NCBI RefSeq assembly: GCF_013122565.1
Contig: NZ_CP053258.1
Reading direction: 5' to 3' (one strand)
Source of the DNA: Escherichia coli
GTDB taxonomy: Bacteria > Pseudomonadota > Gammaproteobacteria > Enterobacterales > Enterobacteriaceae
Length of the DNA: 64,000 nucleotides
In this document: positions 37,402 through 52,556 of the stretch, piece after piece
Layout: each line of letters starts with the position of its first letter
Position numbering within the stretch: the first letter of the stretch is position 1
Translations under genes and position numbers: made by a program
The notes under the pieces: generated by a model
Told to the model about the DNA's origin: nothing
Database searches by the model: none
The model's input: the letters and a program-made list of their open reading frames with translations, nothing else

Positions 37402-38364
37402 TTAATACAGTTTTTTCGCGCAGTCCAGCCAGTCGCCTTTGAACGGACGCTTCATGTTTTCGATAGCGTCGATGATGTCGTGGTGAACCAGCTGTTCGTT
37501 CTGGATACCTACGCAACGACCGCCGTAACCTGCCAGCAGCAGATCGATAGCGTAAGCGCCCATACGGGAAGCCAGAATACGGTCGTAAGGCACCGGAGAA
37601 CCACCGCGCTGGATGTGGCCCAGCACAGTTGCGCGGGTTTCACGACCGGTTTCTTTCTCGATGAAATGCGCCAGTTCGTCAACATCACACATATGTTCGG
37701 TAATCGCCACGATCGCGTGTTTTTTACCTTTCGCGATACCCGCTTTGATTTCGTTTACCAGGTCTTCACGGCTGAATTCAACTTCCGGAACCACAACGAA
37801 TTCACAGCCACCGGCAATGGCCGCAGCCAACGTCAGATCGCCACAATAACGGCCCATCACTTCCACCACGGAAATACGCTGGTGAGAAGAAGAGGTGTCA
37901 CGCAGACGGTCGATCGCTTCTACAACGGTGCTCAGCGCAGTGAAGAAACCGATAGTGTAGTCAGTGCCTTTGATGTCGTTGTCGATAGTGCCCGGCAGAC
38001 CGATGCACGGGAAGCCCATTTCGGTCAGACGCATTGCACCCATGTAGGAACCGTCACCGCCGATAACCACCAGCGCGTCGATACCACGTTTTTTCAGGTT
38101 TTCGATAGCCACGGCGCGGATGTTCTCGTCGCGGAATTCCGGGAAACGCGCAGAACCGAGGAACGTACCGCCACGGTTGATCATGTCAGAAACGCTGTAA
38201 CGGTCTAGCTGTACCATACGGTCTTCATACAGACCCAGATAGCCGTCATAAATACCCATTACTTCCAGACCTTCTGTCAGCGCAGAACGAACAACCCCGC
38301 GAATTGCGGCGTTCATGCCTGGCGCATCACCGCCGCTTGTCAACACACCGATTTTCTTAATCAT
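37402..38364 (-). CDS. pfkA: ATP-dependent 6-phosphofructokinase I
   Basis: [29 protein letters not shown]...; start refined (320 aa). Confidence 0.95.
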
Positions 38365-38544
38365 GACTACCTCTGAACTTTGGAATGCAAAATGAAATCT
38401 GTTGCCGGAAGTCTTCTTACACATCGAAGTGATCCAACGAATGTGCAAATAGTATAACAATCACTTCCTGCTGAATTGATTCAGGTCAGGCCAAATGGCG
38501 GTATTTTATACACAAAATGCGGGTCTGGCTCTCTTTTATACTGA

Positions 38545-39447
38545 TTATGAAAGCATAGACCGTTTACCCTCCCTGGGTACGACGGAACAGGGGTCCTGAT
38601 GGATAATCACATCCGATCCCGGAAAACGCCGTAAAATAGCCTGCTCTACCTGATCCGCCACCATATGTGCCTGAACCAAAGGCAGAGAGTCTTCCATTTC
38701 CAAATGAATCTGAATAAAGCGGGTCGGCCCTGACTGCCGCGTGCGAAGATCGTGAGCGCCGCTAACACCCGGCCAGGAAGTCACGATATCAATAATTTCT
38801 TGCCGTTCCTCATCAGGTAATGCGCGATCCAGTAATGACTGTACCGCCTCATATCCCATGCGTAACGCGCTATATAAAATATAGATGCCGATTCCCAATG
38901 CAAACAGAGCATCGGCGCGATGCCAGCCGTACCAGGACAACCCCAGCGCCAGCAGAATTGCGCCGTTCATCATAACATCAGACTGGTAATGTAGCATATC
39001 AGCCCGCACCGCCTGGCTTTGCGTCCGGCGCACCACCCAACGCTGAAACGAGACAAGGATAATCGTACAAATTAGCGCCACAATTGTCACGATAACCCCG
39101 ACGCCTGGATCTGTCATCGGTGTTGGAGATATCAGATGTTGAATACCCGTCAAAAACAGGAATAGTGCCGAACCGGAGATAAACATACTTTGCGCCAGCG
39201 CCGCGAGGGACTCAGCTTTACCGTGACCAAACGAGTGATTATCGTCGGCAGGTTGCAGGGAATATCGCACCACCAGTAAATTCGTCAACGACGCGCCGAT
39301 ATCCACCAGCGAATCCACCAGCGCGGCGAGAATACTCACCGACCCGGTATACCACCATGCAAAAATTTTAATCAGCAATAGCAGCGAAGCCATCGCCGTC
39401 GCAGCAATCGCCGCCCGACTGACCAGCCGTCCATAAGATTGATTCAT
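38545..39447 (-). CDS. fieF: cation-diffusion-facilitator Zn/Fe efflux transporter
   Basis: [36 protein letters not shown]...; 300 aa. Confidence 0.93.
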
Positions 39448-39528
39448 AAATACTCCCGCTATCAACTGACGCTAGTATAACGGAAGCAAATCATCTGCAA
39501 TGCATTAAGCAGCAGGCAAATTGAGGAT

Positions 39529-39586
39529 AAAAAAAACCCCCACATCATGTGGGGGAAGACAGGGATGGTGTCTATGGCAAGGAAAA
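39529..39586 (-). ncRNA. cpxQ: CpxQ sRNA (processed 3' UTR of cpxP) including the cpxP terminator
   Basis: Minus-strand TTTTCCTTGCCATAGACACCATCCCTGTCTTCCCCCACATGATGTGGGGGTTTTTTTT immediately after the cpxP stop; matches my recollection of CpxQ; terminator hairpin CCCCCACATGATGTGGGGG + U-run. Confidence 0.6.
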
Positions 39587-39595
39587 CAGGGTTTA

Positions 39596-40096
39596 CTACT
39601 GGGAACGTGAGTTGCTACTACTCAATAGCTTCAACGATGAACTTTTTTGCCATTGCGTCACGTCACGCAACTGCTCCATTCGTTGTTGATGTTTCTCGTT
39701 TAAAACCGCTTGCTGCTCCGGCGTTAACAGGCGATACATTTGGTTGCGGACTTTTGCCATCTCAACCTGACGAGCAATTTGCTCATTCGCCATTTTTTCT
39801 GCCTGTGCGCGCACAGCGTTTTCATCAAAATTTTCTGCGGTGACAAGGCGATGCATTGTCTCCAGTTCGCTAACATTAACAGGAGGCTGTTCGTGCCGGG
39901 CCTGTTGCATAAGATCTCGCATCTGCTGACGCTGATGTTCGGTTAAACTTATGCCGTCGAACATATGGCTCTGCGTACTGCGCTGCGTAAGTTCTTCACC
40001 CGGATGCCAGTTATCGCCTGAACCGACTTCAGCAGCGTGGCTTAATGAACTGACTGCCAGCGTTGAGGCCATGACGGCAGCGGTAACTATGCGCAT
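39596..40096 (-). CDS. cpxP: periplasmic Cpx stress adaptor CpxP
   Basis: [34 protein letters not shown]...; 166 aa. Confidence 0.95.
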
Positions 40097-40175
40097 CATT
40101 TGCTCCCAAAATCTTTCTGTCGCGATTCAACGATAGAGAGTTTACGATTCAGGCTGCAAACATGCGTCAGGGGGT

Positions 40176-40190
40176 GTAAAACAACGTAAA
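40176..40190. promoter_or_regulatory. CpxR-P binding box in cpxP/cpxRA divergent region
   Basis: GTAAA-ACAAC-GTAAA matches CpxR consensus GTAAA(N5)GTAAA. Confidence 0.7.
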
Positions 40191-40245
40191 GTCATGGATT
40201 AGCGACGTCTGATGACGTAATTTCTGCCTCGGAGGTATTTAAACA

Positions 40246-40944
40246 ATGAATAAAATCCTGTTAGTTGATGATGACCGAGAGCTGACTTCCCTATTAAAGG
40301 AGCTGCTCGAGATGGAAGGCTTCAACGTGATTGTTGCCCACGATGGGGAACAGGCGCTTGATCTTCTGGACGACAGCATTGATTTACTTTTGCTTGATGT
40401 AATGATGCCGAAGAAAAATGGTATCGACACATTAAAAGCACTTCGCCAGACACACCAGACGCCTGTCATTATGTTGACGGCGCGCGGCAGTGAACTTGAT
40501 CGCGTTCTCGGCCTTGAGCTGGGCGCAGATGACTATCTCCCGAAACCGTTTAATGATCGTGAGCTGGTGGCACGTATTCGCGCGATCCTGCGCCGTTCGC
40601 ACTGGAGCGAGCAACAGCAAAACAACGACAACGGTTCACCGACACTGGAAGTTGATGCCTTAGTGCTGAATCCAGGCCGTCAGGAAGCCAGCTTCGACGG
40701 GCAAACGCTGGAGTTAACCGGCACTGAGTTTACCCTGCTCTATTTGCTGGCACAGCATCTGGGTCAGGTGGTTTCCCGTGAGCATTTAAGCCAGGAAGTG
40801 CTGGGCAAACGCCTGACGCCTTTCGACCGCGCTATCGATATGCACATTTCCAACCTGCGTCGTAAACTGCCGGATCGTAAAGATGGTCACCCGTGGTTTA
40901 AAACCTTGCGTGGTCGCGGCTATCTGATGGTTTCTGCTTCATGA
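40246..40944 (+). CDS. cpxR: OmpR-family response regulator CpxR
   Basis: 232 aa MNKILLVDDDRELTSLLKELLEMEGFNVIVAHDGEQALDLL... Confidence 0.95.
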   Translation: MNKILLVDDDRELTSLLKELLEMEGFNVIVAHDGEQALDLLDDSIDLLLLDVMMPKKNGIDTLKALRQTHQTPVIMLTARGSELDRVLGLELGADDYLPKPFNDRELVARIRAILRRSHWSEQQQNNDNGSPTLEVDALVLNPGRQEASFDGQTLELTGTEFTLLYLLAQHLGQVVSREHLSQEVLGKRLTPFDRAIDMHISNLRRKLPDRKDGHPWFKTLRGRGYLMVSAS

Positions 40945-42314
40945 TAGGCAGCTTAACCGCGCGCATCTTCGCCATCTTCTGGCTGACGCTGGCGCTGGTG
41001 TTGATGTTGGTTTTGATGTTGCCCAAGCTCGATTCACGCCAGATGACCGAGCTTCTGGATAGCGAACAGCGTCAGGGGCTGATGATTGAGCAGCATGTTG
41101 AAGCGGAGCTGGCGAACGATCCGCCCAACGATTTAATGTGGTGGCGGCGTCTGTTCCGGGCGATTGATAAGTGGGCACCGCCAGGACAGCGTTTGTTATT
41201 GGTGACCACCGAAGGCCGCGTGATCGGCGCTGAACGCAGCGAAATGCAGATCATTCGTAACTTTATTGGTCAGGCCGATAACGCCGATCATCCGCAGAAG
41301 AAAAAGTATGGCCGCGTGGAACTGGTCGGTCCGTTCTCCGTGCGTGATGGCGAAGATAATTACCAACTTTATCTGATTCGTCCGGCCAGCAGTTCTCAAT
41401 CCGATTTCATTAACTTACTGTTTGACCGCCCGCTATTACTGCTGATTGTCACCATGTTGGTCAGTACGCCGCTGCTGTTGTGGTTGGCCTGGAGTCTGGC
41501 AAAACCGGCGCGTAAGCTGAAAAACGCTGCCGATGAAGTTGCCCAGGGAAACTTACGCCAGCACCCGGAACTGGAAGCGGGGCCACAGGAATTCCTTGCC
41601 GCAGGTGCCAGTTTTAACCAGATGGTCACCGCGCTGGAGCGCATGATGACCTCTCAGCAACGTTTGCTTTCTGATATCTCTCACGAGCTGCGCACCCCGC
41701 TGACGCGTCTGCAACTGGGTACGGCGTTACTGCGCCGTCGTAGCGGTGAAAGCAAAGAACTGGAGCGTATTGAAACCGAAGCGCAACGTCTGGACAGCAT
41801 GATTAACGACCTGTTGGTGATGTCACGTAATCAGCAGAAAAACGCGCTGGTAAGCGAGACATTGAAAGCTAACCAGTTGTGGGGCGAAGTGCTGGATAAC
41901 GCGGCGTTCGAAGCCGAGCAAATGGGCAAGTCGTTTACGGTTAACTTCCCGCCTGGGCCGTGGCCGTTGTATGGCAACCCGAACGCCCTGGAAAGTGCGC
42001 TGGAAAACATTGTCCGTAATGCTCTGCGTTATTCCCATACGAAGATTGAAGTGGGCTTTGCGGTAGATAAAGACGGTATCACCATTACGGTGGACGACGA
42101 TGGTCCTGGCGTTAGCCCGGAAGATCGCGAACAGATTTTCCGTCCGTTCTATCGGACCGATGAAGCACGCGATCGTGAATCTGGCGGCACGGGCTTAGGG
42201 CTGGCAATTGTTGAAACCGCCATTCAGCAGCATCGTGGCTGGGTGAAGGCAGAAGACAGCCCGCTAGGCGGTTTACGGCTGATGATTTGGTTGCCGCTGT
42301 ATAAGCGGAGTTAA
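40941..42314 (+). CDS. cpxA: envelope-stress sensor histidine kinase CpxA
   Basis: 457 aa; H-box SHELRTPLTRL; overlaps cpxR stop (ATGA). Confidence 0.95.
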   Translation: MIGSLTARIFAIFWLTLALVLMLVLMLPKLDSRQMTELLDSEQRQGLMIEQHVEAELANDPPNDLMWWRRLFRAIDKWAPPGQRLLLVTTEGRVIGAERSEMQIIRNFIGQADNADHPQKKKYGRVELVGPFSVRDGEDNYQLYLIRPASSSQSDFINLLFDRPLLLLIVTMLVSTPLLLWLAWSLAKPARKLKNAADEVAQGNLRQHPELEAGPQEFLAAGASFNQMVTALERMMTSQQRLLSDISHELRTPLTRLQLGTALLRRRSGESKELERIETEAQRLDSMINDLLVMSRNQQKNALVSETLKANQLWGEVLDNAAFEAEQMGKSFTVNFPPGPWPLYGNPNALESALENIVRNALRYSHTKIEVGFAVDKDGITITVDDDGPGVSPEDREQIFRPFYRTDEARDRESGGTGLGLAIVETAIQQHRGWVKAEDSPLGGLRLMIWLPLYKRS

Positions 42315-42325
42315 ACTCCGCATTT

Positions 42326-42409
42326 GTAGGCAGGATAAGGCGTTTACGCCGCATCCGGCATTTGAGCAGGATGCCTGATGCGATGCTGGTAGCGTCTTAT
42401 CAGGCCTAC
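42326..42409. repeat. BIME/REP palindromic units downstream of cpxA
   Basis: GTAGGCAGGATAAGGCGTTTACGCCGCATCCGGCA ... GCCTGATGCGATGCTGGTAGCGTCTTATCAGGCCTAC. Confidence 0.85.
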
Positions 42410-42419
42410 ACTCCGGGGG

Positions 42420-43094
42420 TTATTTTCCCCACAACCGGCGTGAAAAATCTTCGATCTTGCCGCTCAGTCGGCGCTTTTGCATCGTCCGCGTCCAGCTTTT
42501 CGATAACCCGGCGGCGGAGAGTAAACGGTGATACTGATCGTCATCAAACGGCATATGCCATGCGATGGCGGCAGCCTCCTGCACGGTCACATCACTGACA
42601 CGGGAAACCAGCTCCAGCGGTGCGTCCGCAGACACTTTCCCCGGCGCTATCACGCTATACAACCACCCCACTTTACCCGTGTTTTGCATCAACTGCGCTA
42701 TATCGCTGATATCAAAATGGTAATTGAGTTTATAGCAAGGCGAGCGTGGCTGGCTGACCTGAATTAATGCCTCTCCCCAGCGGAAAATATCGCCAATATA
42801 AACATTACTTTCCGTCAGGCCGTCGGTTGAGAGATTTTCGCCAAACGCAGGCGCCACAAACAACTCCGCCTGTTCCGGAAATTCCCGCGCCCAGTAGAGA
42901 TAATGCTCACGAGGATAATGACACAGCGCTCTGTCTGGTCCGCCGTGAACCTTTTTCTCCGCCTGCTCGTCACCTTCCAGCCCCAGCTCCGTCAGCATCA
43001 ACTCACCATCAACCTGGATTTTGGCAATTGCGCTGGGTTTGCCTTCGGGATAAGCCTGAATCTTGCCTGTGTATACATCAACCGGATATCGCAT
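42420..43094 (-). CDS. yiiM: MOSC-domain protein YiiM
   Basis: MRYPVDVYTGKIQAYPEGKPSAIAKIQVDGE...; start refined (224 aa). Confidence 0.9.
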   Translation of the reverse strand: MRYPVDVYTGKIQAYPEGKPSAIAKIQVDGELMLTELGLEGDEQAEKKVHGGPDRALCHYPREHYLYWAREFPEQAELFVAPAFGENLSTDGLTESNVYIGDIFRWGEALIQVSQPRSPCYKLNYHFDISDIAQLMQNTGKVGWLYSVIAPGKVSADAPLELVSRVSDVTVQEAAAIAWHMPFDDDQYHRLLSAAGLSKSWTRTMQKRRLSGKIEDFSRRLWGK

Positions 43095-43242
43095 CTGTTC
43101 CCTCTCCACGAGAAATTTCCCCATTAGACCATATTTATTTTATGTCAGGCGTGCTGTTTTCGCGGTAAGTATCCAGGCAGGAACTCAATAGCAAACCGGA
43201 CGAACGTTAGTTCATCCGGCGGTGGGGATTAAGGAAGCAGGT

Positions 43243-44226
43243 TTATTTCACCGTACCTAAAATTTCGATTTTCGCCGCTCTGGCTTTGACTTTACGTGAC
43301 CAGATAGAGGTAAGAATTGGCACCAGAATCGAAGTCACAATGACCGCCGTCGCTACCAGCGAAGTTGCTGCCGGAGCCATCGGTTTAAACGCAGGCACCA
43401 TTTCTGCAATCAGCACAGGTGTCGCTACCGCGGCCCCTGCGGAACTGGAAGCGGCAATTCCGGCAGTGCCATCGCCACCGCCAATCAATTTATCAGCGAT
43501 AATCAACGGAATACCGGTCACGATAATGACTGCCACACCCAACAGGATCCCCAGCAAACCTGTCTGGGCAATTACAGTCAAATCAATGGTATTGCCCAGT
43601 GCGAAGGCAAAGAATGGAATCAGCGTCTGCACCGCTTTGCTGAAAAATTCTCGTAATTCAGGGTCAAGGTTCCCAAGGGCAAAGCCCACCAGGAACGGTA
43701 ATACTGCGCCGACGAAAACATGCGGTTCAAACGAGGCAATCCCGGCAGTGCCCAGAATAATCATCGTCATGAGCGGCCCGGACTCCAACGACATCAACAC
43801 AAATGCCCCAGCTTCTTCTTTTGTGCCGTACTGCTGCATGATGGAAGCGTAAAGTCCGCCGTTGGTCATATCCATCGCCGCCACCAGCGCCAGCGTTGAA
43901 AGTCCGGCAAAGAATCCAACTTCAACACCATGTTCCGGAATAATGCGCGAGGCAATTGCCGCAACCACCCACGCGACGGCAATTTTAGTTACCACCAGCG
44001 TACCGGATTTACGCAGTACCGTTCCCGTCGCGCTTAATTTTATTGACGCCCCCATGCAAAAAAACCACACCGCCAGAATGGGCACCGTACCGGTAATCAT
44101 CCCGTTGGTGAATGATCCAAAATATTTCCCCGCCCCCGGCGAGAAGGTGTGGCACAGTGCGCCAAGGAATAGCGGGACGAGCATCATCCCCCCCGGGATT
44201 TTCTCAATCGAGCGTTTTATCTGCAT
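43243..44226 (-). CDS. kdgT: 2-keto-3-deoxygluconate permease
   Basis: [31 protein letters not shown]...; start refined (327 aa). Confidence 0.92.
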
Positions 44227-44345
44227 TTCCATCACCTGTCGGCATATTTTTAAGGGCTGATGCGTCATTCCTCAACGGAGCATCAGTGTTGATGGAAACG
44301 AAGATAGACATTCATTTGATCAATAAAAGTGATCAAAACCACATC

Positions 44346-44365
44346 AATTGAAACAGTGTTTTATT
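44346..44365. promoter_or_regulatory. candidate KdgR operator upstream of kdgT
   Basis: AATTGAAACAGTGTTTTATT, AT-rich near-palindrome of KdgR-box type, ~120 nt upstream of kdgT start. Confidence 0.4.
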
Positions 44366-44401
44366 TTTATCGGATCATTGTTTTTATTTTGAAATTGATC
44401 A

Positions 44402-44430
44402 CAAAAAAACCACCGCCATTGGCGATGGTT
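44402..44430 (-). terminator. rho-independent terminator after sodA
   Basis: Minus strand ACCATCGCCAATGGCGGTGG hairpin followed by TTTTTTT. Confidence 0.7.
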
Positions 44431-44485
44431 CATTTTTTAAGCTGATATGCGGCGTAAACGCCTCATTGCAGCAGACGGCAAATGA

Positions 44486-45106
44486 TTATTTTTTCGCCGC
44501 GAAACGTGCCGCTGCTTCGTCCCAGTTCACCACGTTCCAGAACTCTTTGATGTAGTCCGGACGGCGGTTCTGGAATTTCAGATAGTAAGCATGTTCCCAC
44601 ACATCCAGGCCCAGAATAGGGAAGCCGGATGCGCCAGAAATAGCTTCACCCATCAGCGGGGAGTCCTGGTTAGCAGTAGAAACCACCGCCAGTTTATCGC
44701 CTTTCAGCACCAGCCATGCCCAGCCGGAACCAAAGCGGGAAGCTGCCGCTTTTTCAAATTCTGCTTTGAAGTTATCAACGGAGCCGAAGTCACGTTCGAT
44801 AGCCGCTTTCAGGTCACCCTGCAGGGTGGTGCCTTTTTTCAAACCTTTCCAGAACAGGCTGTGGTTAGCGTGACCGCCAGCGTTGTTGCGCAGTACGGTT
44901 TTCTTGTCTGCTGGCAGCTGGTCCAGTTTGGTGATCAGCTCTTCAACCGGCAGGTTGGCAAATTCTGGCAGGCTTTCCAGCGCCGCGTTGGCATTGTTGA
45001 CATAGGTCTGATGGTGTTTGGTGTGGTGGATTTCCATGGTCTGCTTATCGAAGTGCGGTTCCAGGGCATCGTAAGCATACGGCAGGGATGGCAGGGTATA
45101 GCTCAT
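44486..45106 (-). CDS. sodA: manganese superoxide dismutase
   Basis: [38 protein letters not shown]...; 206 aa. Confidence 0.95.
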   Translation of the reverse strand: MSYTLPSLPYAYDALEPHFDKQTMEIHHTKHHQTYVNNANAALESLPEFANLPVEELITKLDQLPADKKTVLRNNAGGHANHSLFWKGLKKGTTLQGDLKAAIERDFGSVDNFKAEFEKAAASRFGSGWAWLVLKGDKLAVVSTANQDSPLMGEAISGASGFPILGLDVWEHAYYLKFQNRRPDYIKEFWNVVNWDEAAARFAAKK

Positions 45107-45390
45107 ATTCATCTCCAGTATTGTCGGGCGGCCGATTGTTAATGCCGCGTAAGCAGTTGGATCATTATAGTTAATTAAATGATATTGAAAATGATTATCA
45201 ATGCCGTACTTTTCGTAAGGGTATGGTTTTGCAGGAAAATGCCCGAGATGTGAAGCAAATCACCCACTTAATGCCGTGATTGCCAGTAAATCGACAACGG
45301 CGGCAACAGGCGAAAGGTTAATCGACAGCACGATTTTTACACTCATCTCGTCGGAGATGTGACGCGACGAAAAATGATGAGGATAAGAAG

Positions 45391-46425
45391 ATGAGTAACG
45401 CGATTACGATGGGGATATTTTGGCATTTGATCGGCGCGGCCAGTGCAGCCTGTTTTTACGCTCCGTTCAAAAAAGTAAAAAAATGGTCATGGGAAACCAT
45501 GTGGTCAGTCGGTGGGATTGTTTCGTGGATTATTCTGCCGTGGGCTATCAGCGCCCTGTTACTACCGAATTTCTGGGCGTATTACAGCTCGTTTAGTCTC
45601 TCTACGCTGCTGCCTGTTTTTCTGTTCGGCGCTATGTGGGGGATCGGTAATATCAACTACGGCCTGACCATGCGTTATCTCGGCATGTCGATGGGAATTG
45701 GCATCGCCATTGGCATTACGTTGATTGTCGGTACGCTGATGACGCCAATTATCAACGGCAATTTCGATGTGTTGATTAGCACCGAAGGCGGACGCATGAC
45801 GTTGCTCGGCGTTCTGGTGGCGCTGATTGGCGTAGGGATTGTAACTCGAGCCGGGCAGTTGAAAGAGCGCAAGATGGGCATTAAAGCCGAAGAGTTCAAT
45901 CTGAAAAAAGGACTGGTGCTGGCGGTGATGTGCGGCATTTTCTCTGCCGGGATGTCCTTTGCGATGAACGCCGCAAAACCGATGCATGAAGCCGCTGCCG
46001 CACTAGGCGTCGATCCACTGTATGTCGCTCTGCCAAGCTATGTTGTCATCATGGGCGGCGGCGCGATCATCAACCTCGGTTTCTGTTTTATTCGTCTGGC
46101 AAAAGTGAAGGATTTGTCGCTAAAAGCCGACTTCTCGCTGGCAAAACCGCTGATCATTCACAATGTGTTACTCTCAGCACTGGGCGGGTTGATGTGGTAT
46201 CTGCAATTCTTTTTCTATGCCTGGGGCCACGCCCGCATTCCGGCGCAGTATGACTACATCAGTTGGATGCTGCATATGAGTTTCTATGTATTGTGCGGCG
46301 GTATCGTCGGGCTGGTGCTGAAAGAGTGGAACAATGCAGGACGCCGTCCGGTAACGGTGTTGAGCCTTGGTTGTGTGGTGATTATTGTTGCCGCCAACAT
46401 CGTTGGCATGGGCATGGCGAATTAA
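45391..46425 (+). CDS. rhaT: L-rhamnose-proton symporter
   Basis: 344 aa [38 protein letters not shown]... Confidence 0.95.
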   Translation: MSNAITMGIFWHLIGAASAACFYAPFKKVKKWSWETMWSVGGIVSWIILPWAISALLLPNFWAYYSSFSLSTLLPVFLFGAMWGIGNINYGLTMRYLGMSMGIGIAIGITLIVGTLMTPIINGNFDVLISTEGGRMTLLGVLVALIGVGIVTRAGQLKERKMGIKAEEFNLKKGLVLAVMCGIFSAGMSFAMNAAKPMHEAAAALGVDPLYVALPSYVVIMGGGAIINLGFCFIRLAKVKDLSLKADFSLAKPLIIHNVLLSALGGLMWYLQFFFYAWGHARIPAQYDYISWMLHMSFYVLCGGIVGLVLKEWNNAGRRPVTVLSLGCVVIIVAANIVGMGMAN

Positions 46426-47360
46426 TCTTTCTGCGAATTGAGATGACGCCACTGGCTGGGCGTCATCCCGGTTTCCCGGGTAAACACCACCGAAAAATAG
46501 TTACTATCTTCAAAGCCACATTCGGTCGAAATATCACTGATTAACAGGCGGCTATGCTGGAGAAGATATTGCGCATGACACACTCTGACCTGCCGCAGAT
46601 ATTGATTGATGGTCATTCCAGTCTGCTGGCGAAATTGCTGACGCAAAACGCGCTCACTGCACGATGCCTCATCACAAAATTTATCCAGCGCAAAGGGACT
46701 TTTCAGGCTGGCCGCCAGCCGGGTAATCAGATTATCCAGCAACGTTTCGCTGGATGTTGGCGGCAACGAATCACTGGTGTAACGATGGCGATTCAGCAAC
46801 ATCACCAACTGCCCGAACAGCAACTCTGCCATTTCGTTAGCAAACGGCACATGCTGACTACTTTCATGCTCAAGCTGACCGATAACCTGCCGCGCCTGCG
46901 CCATCCCAACGCTACCTAAGCGCCAGTGTGGTTGCCCTGCGCTGGCGCTAAATCCCGGAATCGCCCCCTGCCAGTCAAGATTCAGCTTCAGCCGCTCCGG
47001 GCAATAAATAATATTCTGCAAAACCAGATCGTTAACGGAAGCGTAGGAGTGTTTATCGTCAGCATGAATGTAAAAGAGATCGCCACGGGTAATGCGATAA
47101 GGGCGATCGTTGAGTACATGCAGGCCATTACCGCGCCAGACAATCACCAGCTCACAAAAATCATGTGTATGTTCAGCAAAGACATCTTGCGGATAACGGT
47201 CAGCCACAGCGACTGCCTGCTGGTCGCTGGCAAAAAAATCATCTTTGAAAAGTTTTAACTGATGCGCCACCGTGGCTACCTCGGCCAGAGAACGAAGTTG
47301 ATTATTCGCAATATGGCGTACAAATACGTTGAGTAGATTCGCGTTATTGCAGAAAGCCAT
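46422..47360 (-). CDS. rhaR: AraC-family activator RhaR
   Basis: ...[49 protein letters not shown]...; C-terminal AraC HTH; true start ambiguous (ATG 47360, or the GTG giving the 282-aa form). Confidence 0.9.
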   Translation of the reverse strand: MAFCNNANLLNVFVRHIANNQLRSLAEVATVAHQLKLFKDDFFASDQQAVAVADRYPQDVFAEHTHDFCELVIVWRGNGLHVLNDRPYRITRGDLFYIHADDKHSYASVNDLVLQNIIYCPERLKLNLDWQGAIPGFSASAGQPHWRLGSVGMAQARQVIGQLEHESSQHVPFANEMAELLFGQLVMLLNRHRYTSDSLPPTSSETLLDNLITRLAASLKSPFALDKFCDEASCSERVLRQQFRQQTGMTINQYLRQVRVCHAQYLLQHSRLLISDISTECGFEDSNYFSVVFTRETGMTPSQWRHLNSQKD

Positions 47361-48180
47361 CCCGTCCCTGACGAATATCACGCGGTGACCAGTTAAACTC
47401 TCGGCGAAAAAGCGTCGAAAAGTGGTTACTGTCGCTGAATCCGCAGCGATAGGCGATGTCAGTAACGCTGGCCTCGCTGTGGCGTAGTAGATGTCGGGCC
47501 TTCATCAGTCGCAGGCGGTTCAGGTAACGCTGAGGCGTCAGTCCCGTTTGCTGCTTAAGCTGCCGATGTAGCGTACGCAGCGAAAGAGAAAATTGATCCG
47601 CCACGGCATCCCAATTCACCTCATCGGCAAAATGGTCCTCCAGCCAGGCCAGAAGCAAGTTGAGACGTGATGCGCTGTTTTCCAGGTTCTCCTGCAAACT
47701 GCTTTTACGCAGCAAGAGCAGTAATTGCATAAACAAGATCTCGCGACTGGCGGTCGAGGGTAAATCATTTTCCCCTTCCTGCTGTTCCATCTGTGCAACC
47801 AGCTGTCGCACCTGCTGCAATACGCTGTGATTAACGCGCCAGTGAGACGGATACTGCCCATCCAGCTCTTGTGGCAGCAACTGATTCAGCCCGGTGAGAA
47901 ACTGAAATCGATCCGGCGAACGATACAGCACATTGGTCAGACACAGATTATCGGTATGTTCATACAGATGCCGATCATGGTCGCGCACAAAACAGACCGT
48001 GCCACCGGTGATGGTATAGGGCTGCCCATTAAACACATGAATACCCGTGCCATGTTCGACAATCACAATTTCATGAAAATCATGATGATGTTCAGGGAAA
48101 TCCGCCTGCGGGAGCCGGGGTTCTATCGCCACGGACGCGTTACCAGACGGAAAAAAATCCACACTATGTAATACGGTCAT
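47344..48180 (-). CDS. rhaS: AraC-family activator RhaS
   Basis: 278 aa [46 protein letters not shown]... Confidence 0.95.
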   Translation of the reverse strand: MTVLHSVDFFPSGNASVAIEPRLPQADFPEHHHDFHEIVIVEHGTGIHVFNGQPYTITGGTVCFVRDHDRHLYEHTDNLCLTNVLYRSPDRFQFLTGLNQLLPQELDGQYPSHWRVNHSVLQQVRQLVAQMEQQEGENDLPSTASREILFMQLLLLLRKSSLQENLENSASRLNLLLAWLEDHFADEVNWDAVADQFSLSLRTLHRQLKQQTGLTPQRYLNRLRLMKARHLLRHSEASVTDIAYRCGFSDSNHFSTLFRREFNWSPRDIRQGRDGFLQ

Positions 48181-51193
<3,013 letters not shown>

Positions 51194-51198
51194 ACACT

Positions 51199-51324
51199 GC
51201 CGGATGCGGCGCGAGCGCCTTATCCGGCCTACAGGTCGGCAACAGTTGTAGGCCTGATAAGACGCGACAGCGTCGCATCAGGCATTGATTGCCGGATGCG
51301 GCACGAGTGCCTTATCCGGCCTAC
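51199..51324. repeat. BIME with three REP units between rhaA and rhaD
   Basis: GCCGGATGCGGCGCGAGCGCCTTATCCGGCCTAC / GTAGGCCTGATAAGACGCGACAGCGTCGCATCAGGC / GCCGGATGCGGCACGAGTGCCTTATCCGGCCTAC. Confidence 0.9.
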
Positions 51325-51367
51325 AGGTCGTGCATCTGACAACACCGAATTTACAGGAACACAGAAC

Positions 51368-52192
51368 ATGCAAAACATTACCCAGTCCTGGTTTGTCCAG
51401 GAAATGATCAAAGCCACCACCGATGCCTGGCTGAAAGGCTGGGACGAACGCAACGGCGGCAACCTGACGCTGCGCCTGGATGACGCCGATATCGCACCAT
51501 ATCACGACAATTTCCACCCACAACCGCGCTATATCCCGCTCAGCCAGCCCATGCCTTTACTGGCAAATACACCGTTTATTGTCACCGGCTCCGGCAAATT
51601 CTTCCGTAACGTCCAGCTTGATCCTGCAGCTAACTTAGGCGTCGTAAAAGTCGACAGCGACGGCGCGGGCTACCATATTCTCTGGGGGTTAACCAACGAA
51701 GCCGTTCCCACTTCTGAACTTCCGGCTCACTTTCTCTCCCACTGCGAGCGCATTAAAGCCACCAACGGTAAAGATCGGGTGATCATGCACTGCCATGCCA
51801 CCAACCTGATCGCCCTCACCTATGTACTGGAAAACGACACCGCGGTCTTCACTCGCCAACTGTGGGAAGGCAGCACCGAGTGTCTGGTAGTGTTCCCGGA
51901 TGGCGTTGGCATTCTGCCGTGGATGGTACCCGGCACGGACGAAATCGGCCAGGCGACCGCACAAGAAATGCAAAAACATTCGCTGGTGTTGTGGCCCTTC
52001 CACGGTGTGTTCGGTTCCGGACCGACACTGGATGAAGCCTTTGGTTTGATAGATACCGCAGAAAAATCAGCACAAGTATTAGTGAAGGTTTATTCGATGG
52101 GCGGCATGAAACAGACTATCAGCCGTGAAGAGTTGATAGCGCTCGGCCAGCGTTTCGGCGTTACACCACTCGCCAGTGCGCTGGCGCTGTAA
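51368..52192 (+). CDS. rhaD: rhamnulose-1-phosphate aldolase
   Basis: [39 protein letters not shown]...; start refined (274 aa). Confidence 0.95.
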   Translation: MQNITQSWFVQEMIKATTDAWLKGWDERNGGNLTLRLDDADIAPYHDNFHPQPRYIPLSQPMPLLANTPFIVTGSGKFFRNVQLDPAANLGVVKVDSDGAGYHILWGLTNEAVPTSELPAHFLSHCERIKATNGKDRVIMHCHATNLIALTYVLENDTAVFTRQLWEGSTECLVVFPDGVGILPWMVPGTDEIGQATAQEMQKHSLVLWPFHGVFGSGPTLDEAFGLIDTAEKSAQVLVKVYSMGGMKQTISREELIALGQRFGVTPLASALAL

Positions 52193-52201
52193 GGAGCAAA
52201 C

Positions 52202-52516
52202 ATGATCCGCAAAGCCTTTGTCATGCAGGTAAACCCAGACGCCCACGAAGAGTATCAGCGTCGGCATAATCCCATCTGGCCGGAACTGGAAGCAGTGCTG
52301 AAATCTCACGGTGCGCATAACTACGCCATCTATCTCGACAAAGCGCGTAATCTGCTGTTTGCCATGGTAGAGATTGAATCTGAAGAACGCTGGAATGCGG
52401 TTGCCAGTACTGATGTTTGCCAACGTTGGTGGAAATATATGACCGATGTTATGCCAGCTAATGCGGATAACAGCCCGGTGAGTAGCGAGCTGCAAGAAGT
52501 GTTTTACCTGCCTTAA
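52202..52516 (+). CDS. rhaM: L-rhamnose mutarotase
   Basis: 104 aa [46 protein letters not shown]... Confidence 0.93.
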   Translation: MIRKAFVMQVNPDAHEEYQRRHNPIWPELEAVLKSHGAHNYAIYLDKARNLLFAMVEIESEERWNAVASTDVCQRWWKYMTDVMPANADNSPVSSELQEVFYLP

Positions 52517-52556
52517 TGAGTAGCGGTGCCGGAAAATATCCAGCACCGCGCCTTCA

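Noticed and set aside
37480-38208. 242-aa plus-strand ORF
   Set aside because: Antisense to pfkA.
51199-51324. Regularly recurring ~35-bp palindromes, checked as a possible CRISPR array
   Set aside because: These are REP/BIME units (GCCGGATGCGGCG...CCGGCCTAC) in alternating orientation without unique spacers or cas genes; the same holds for the other four REP clusters.
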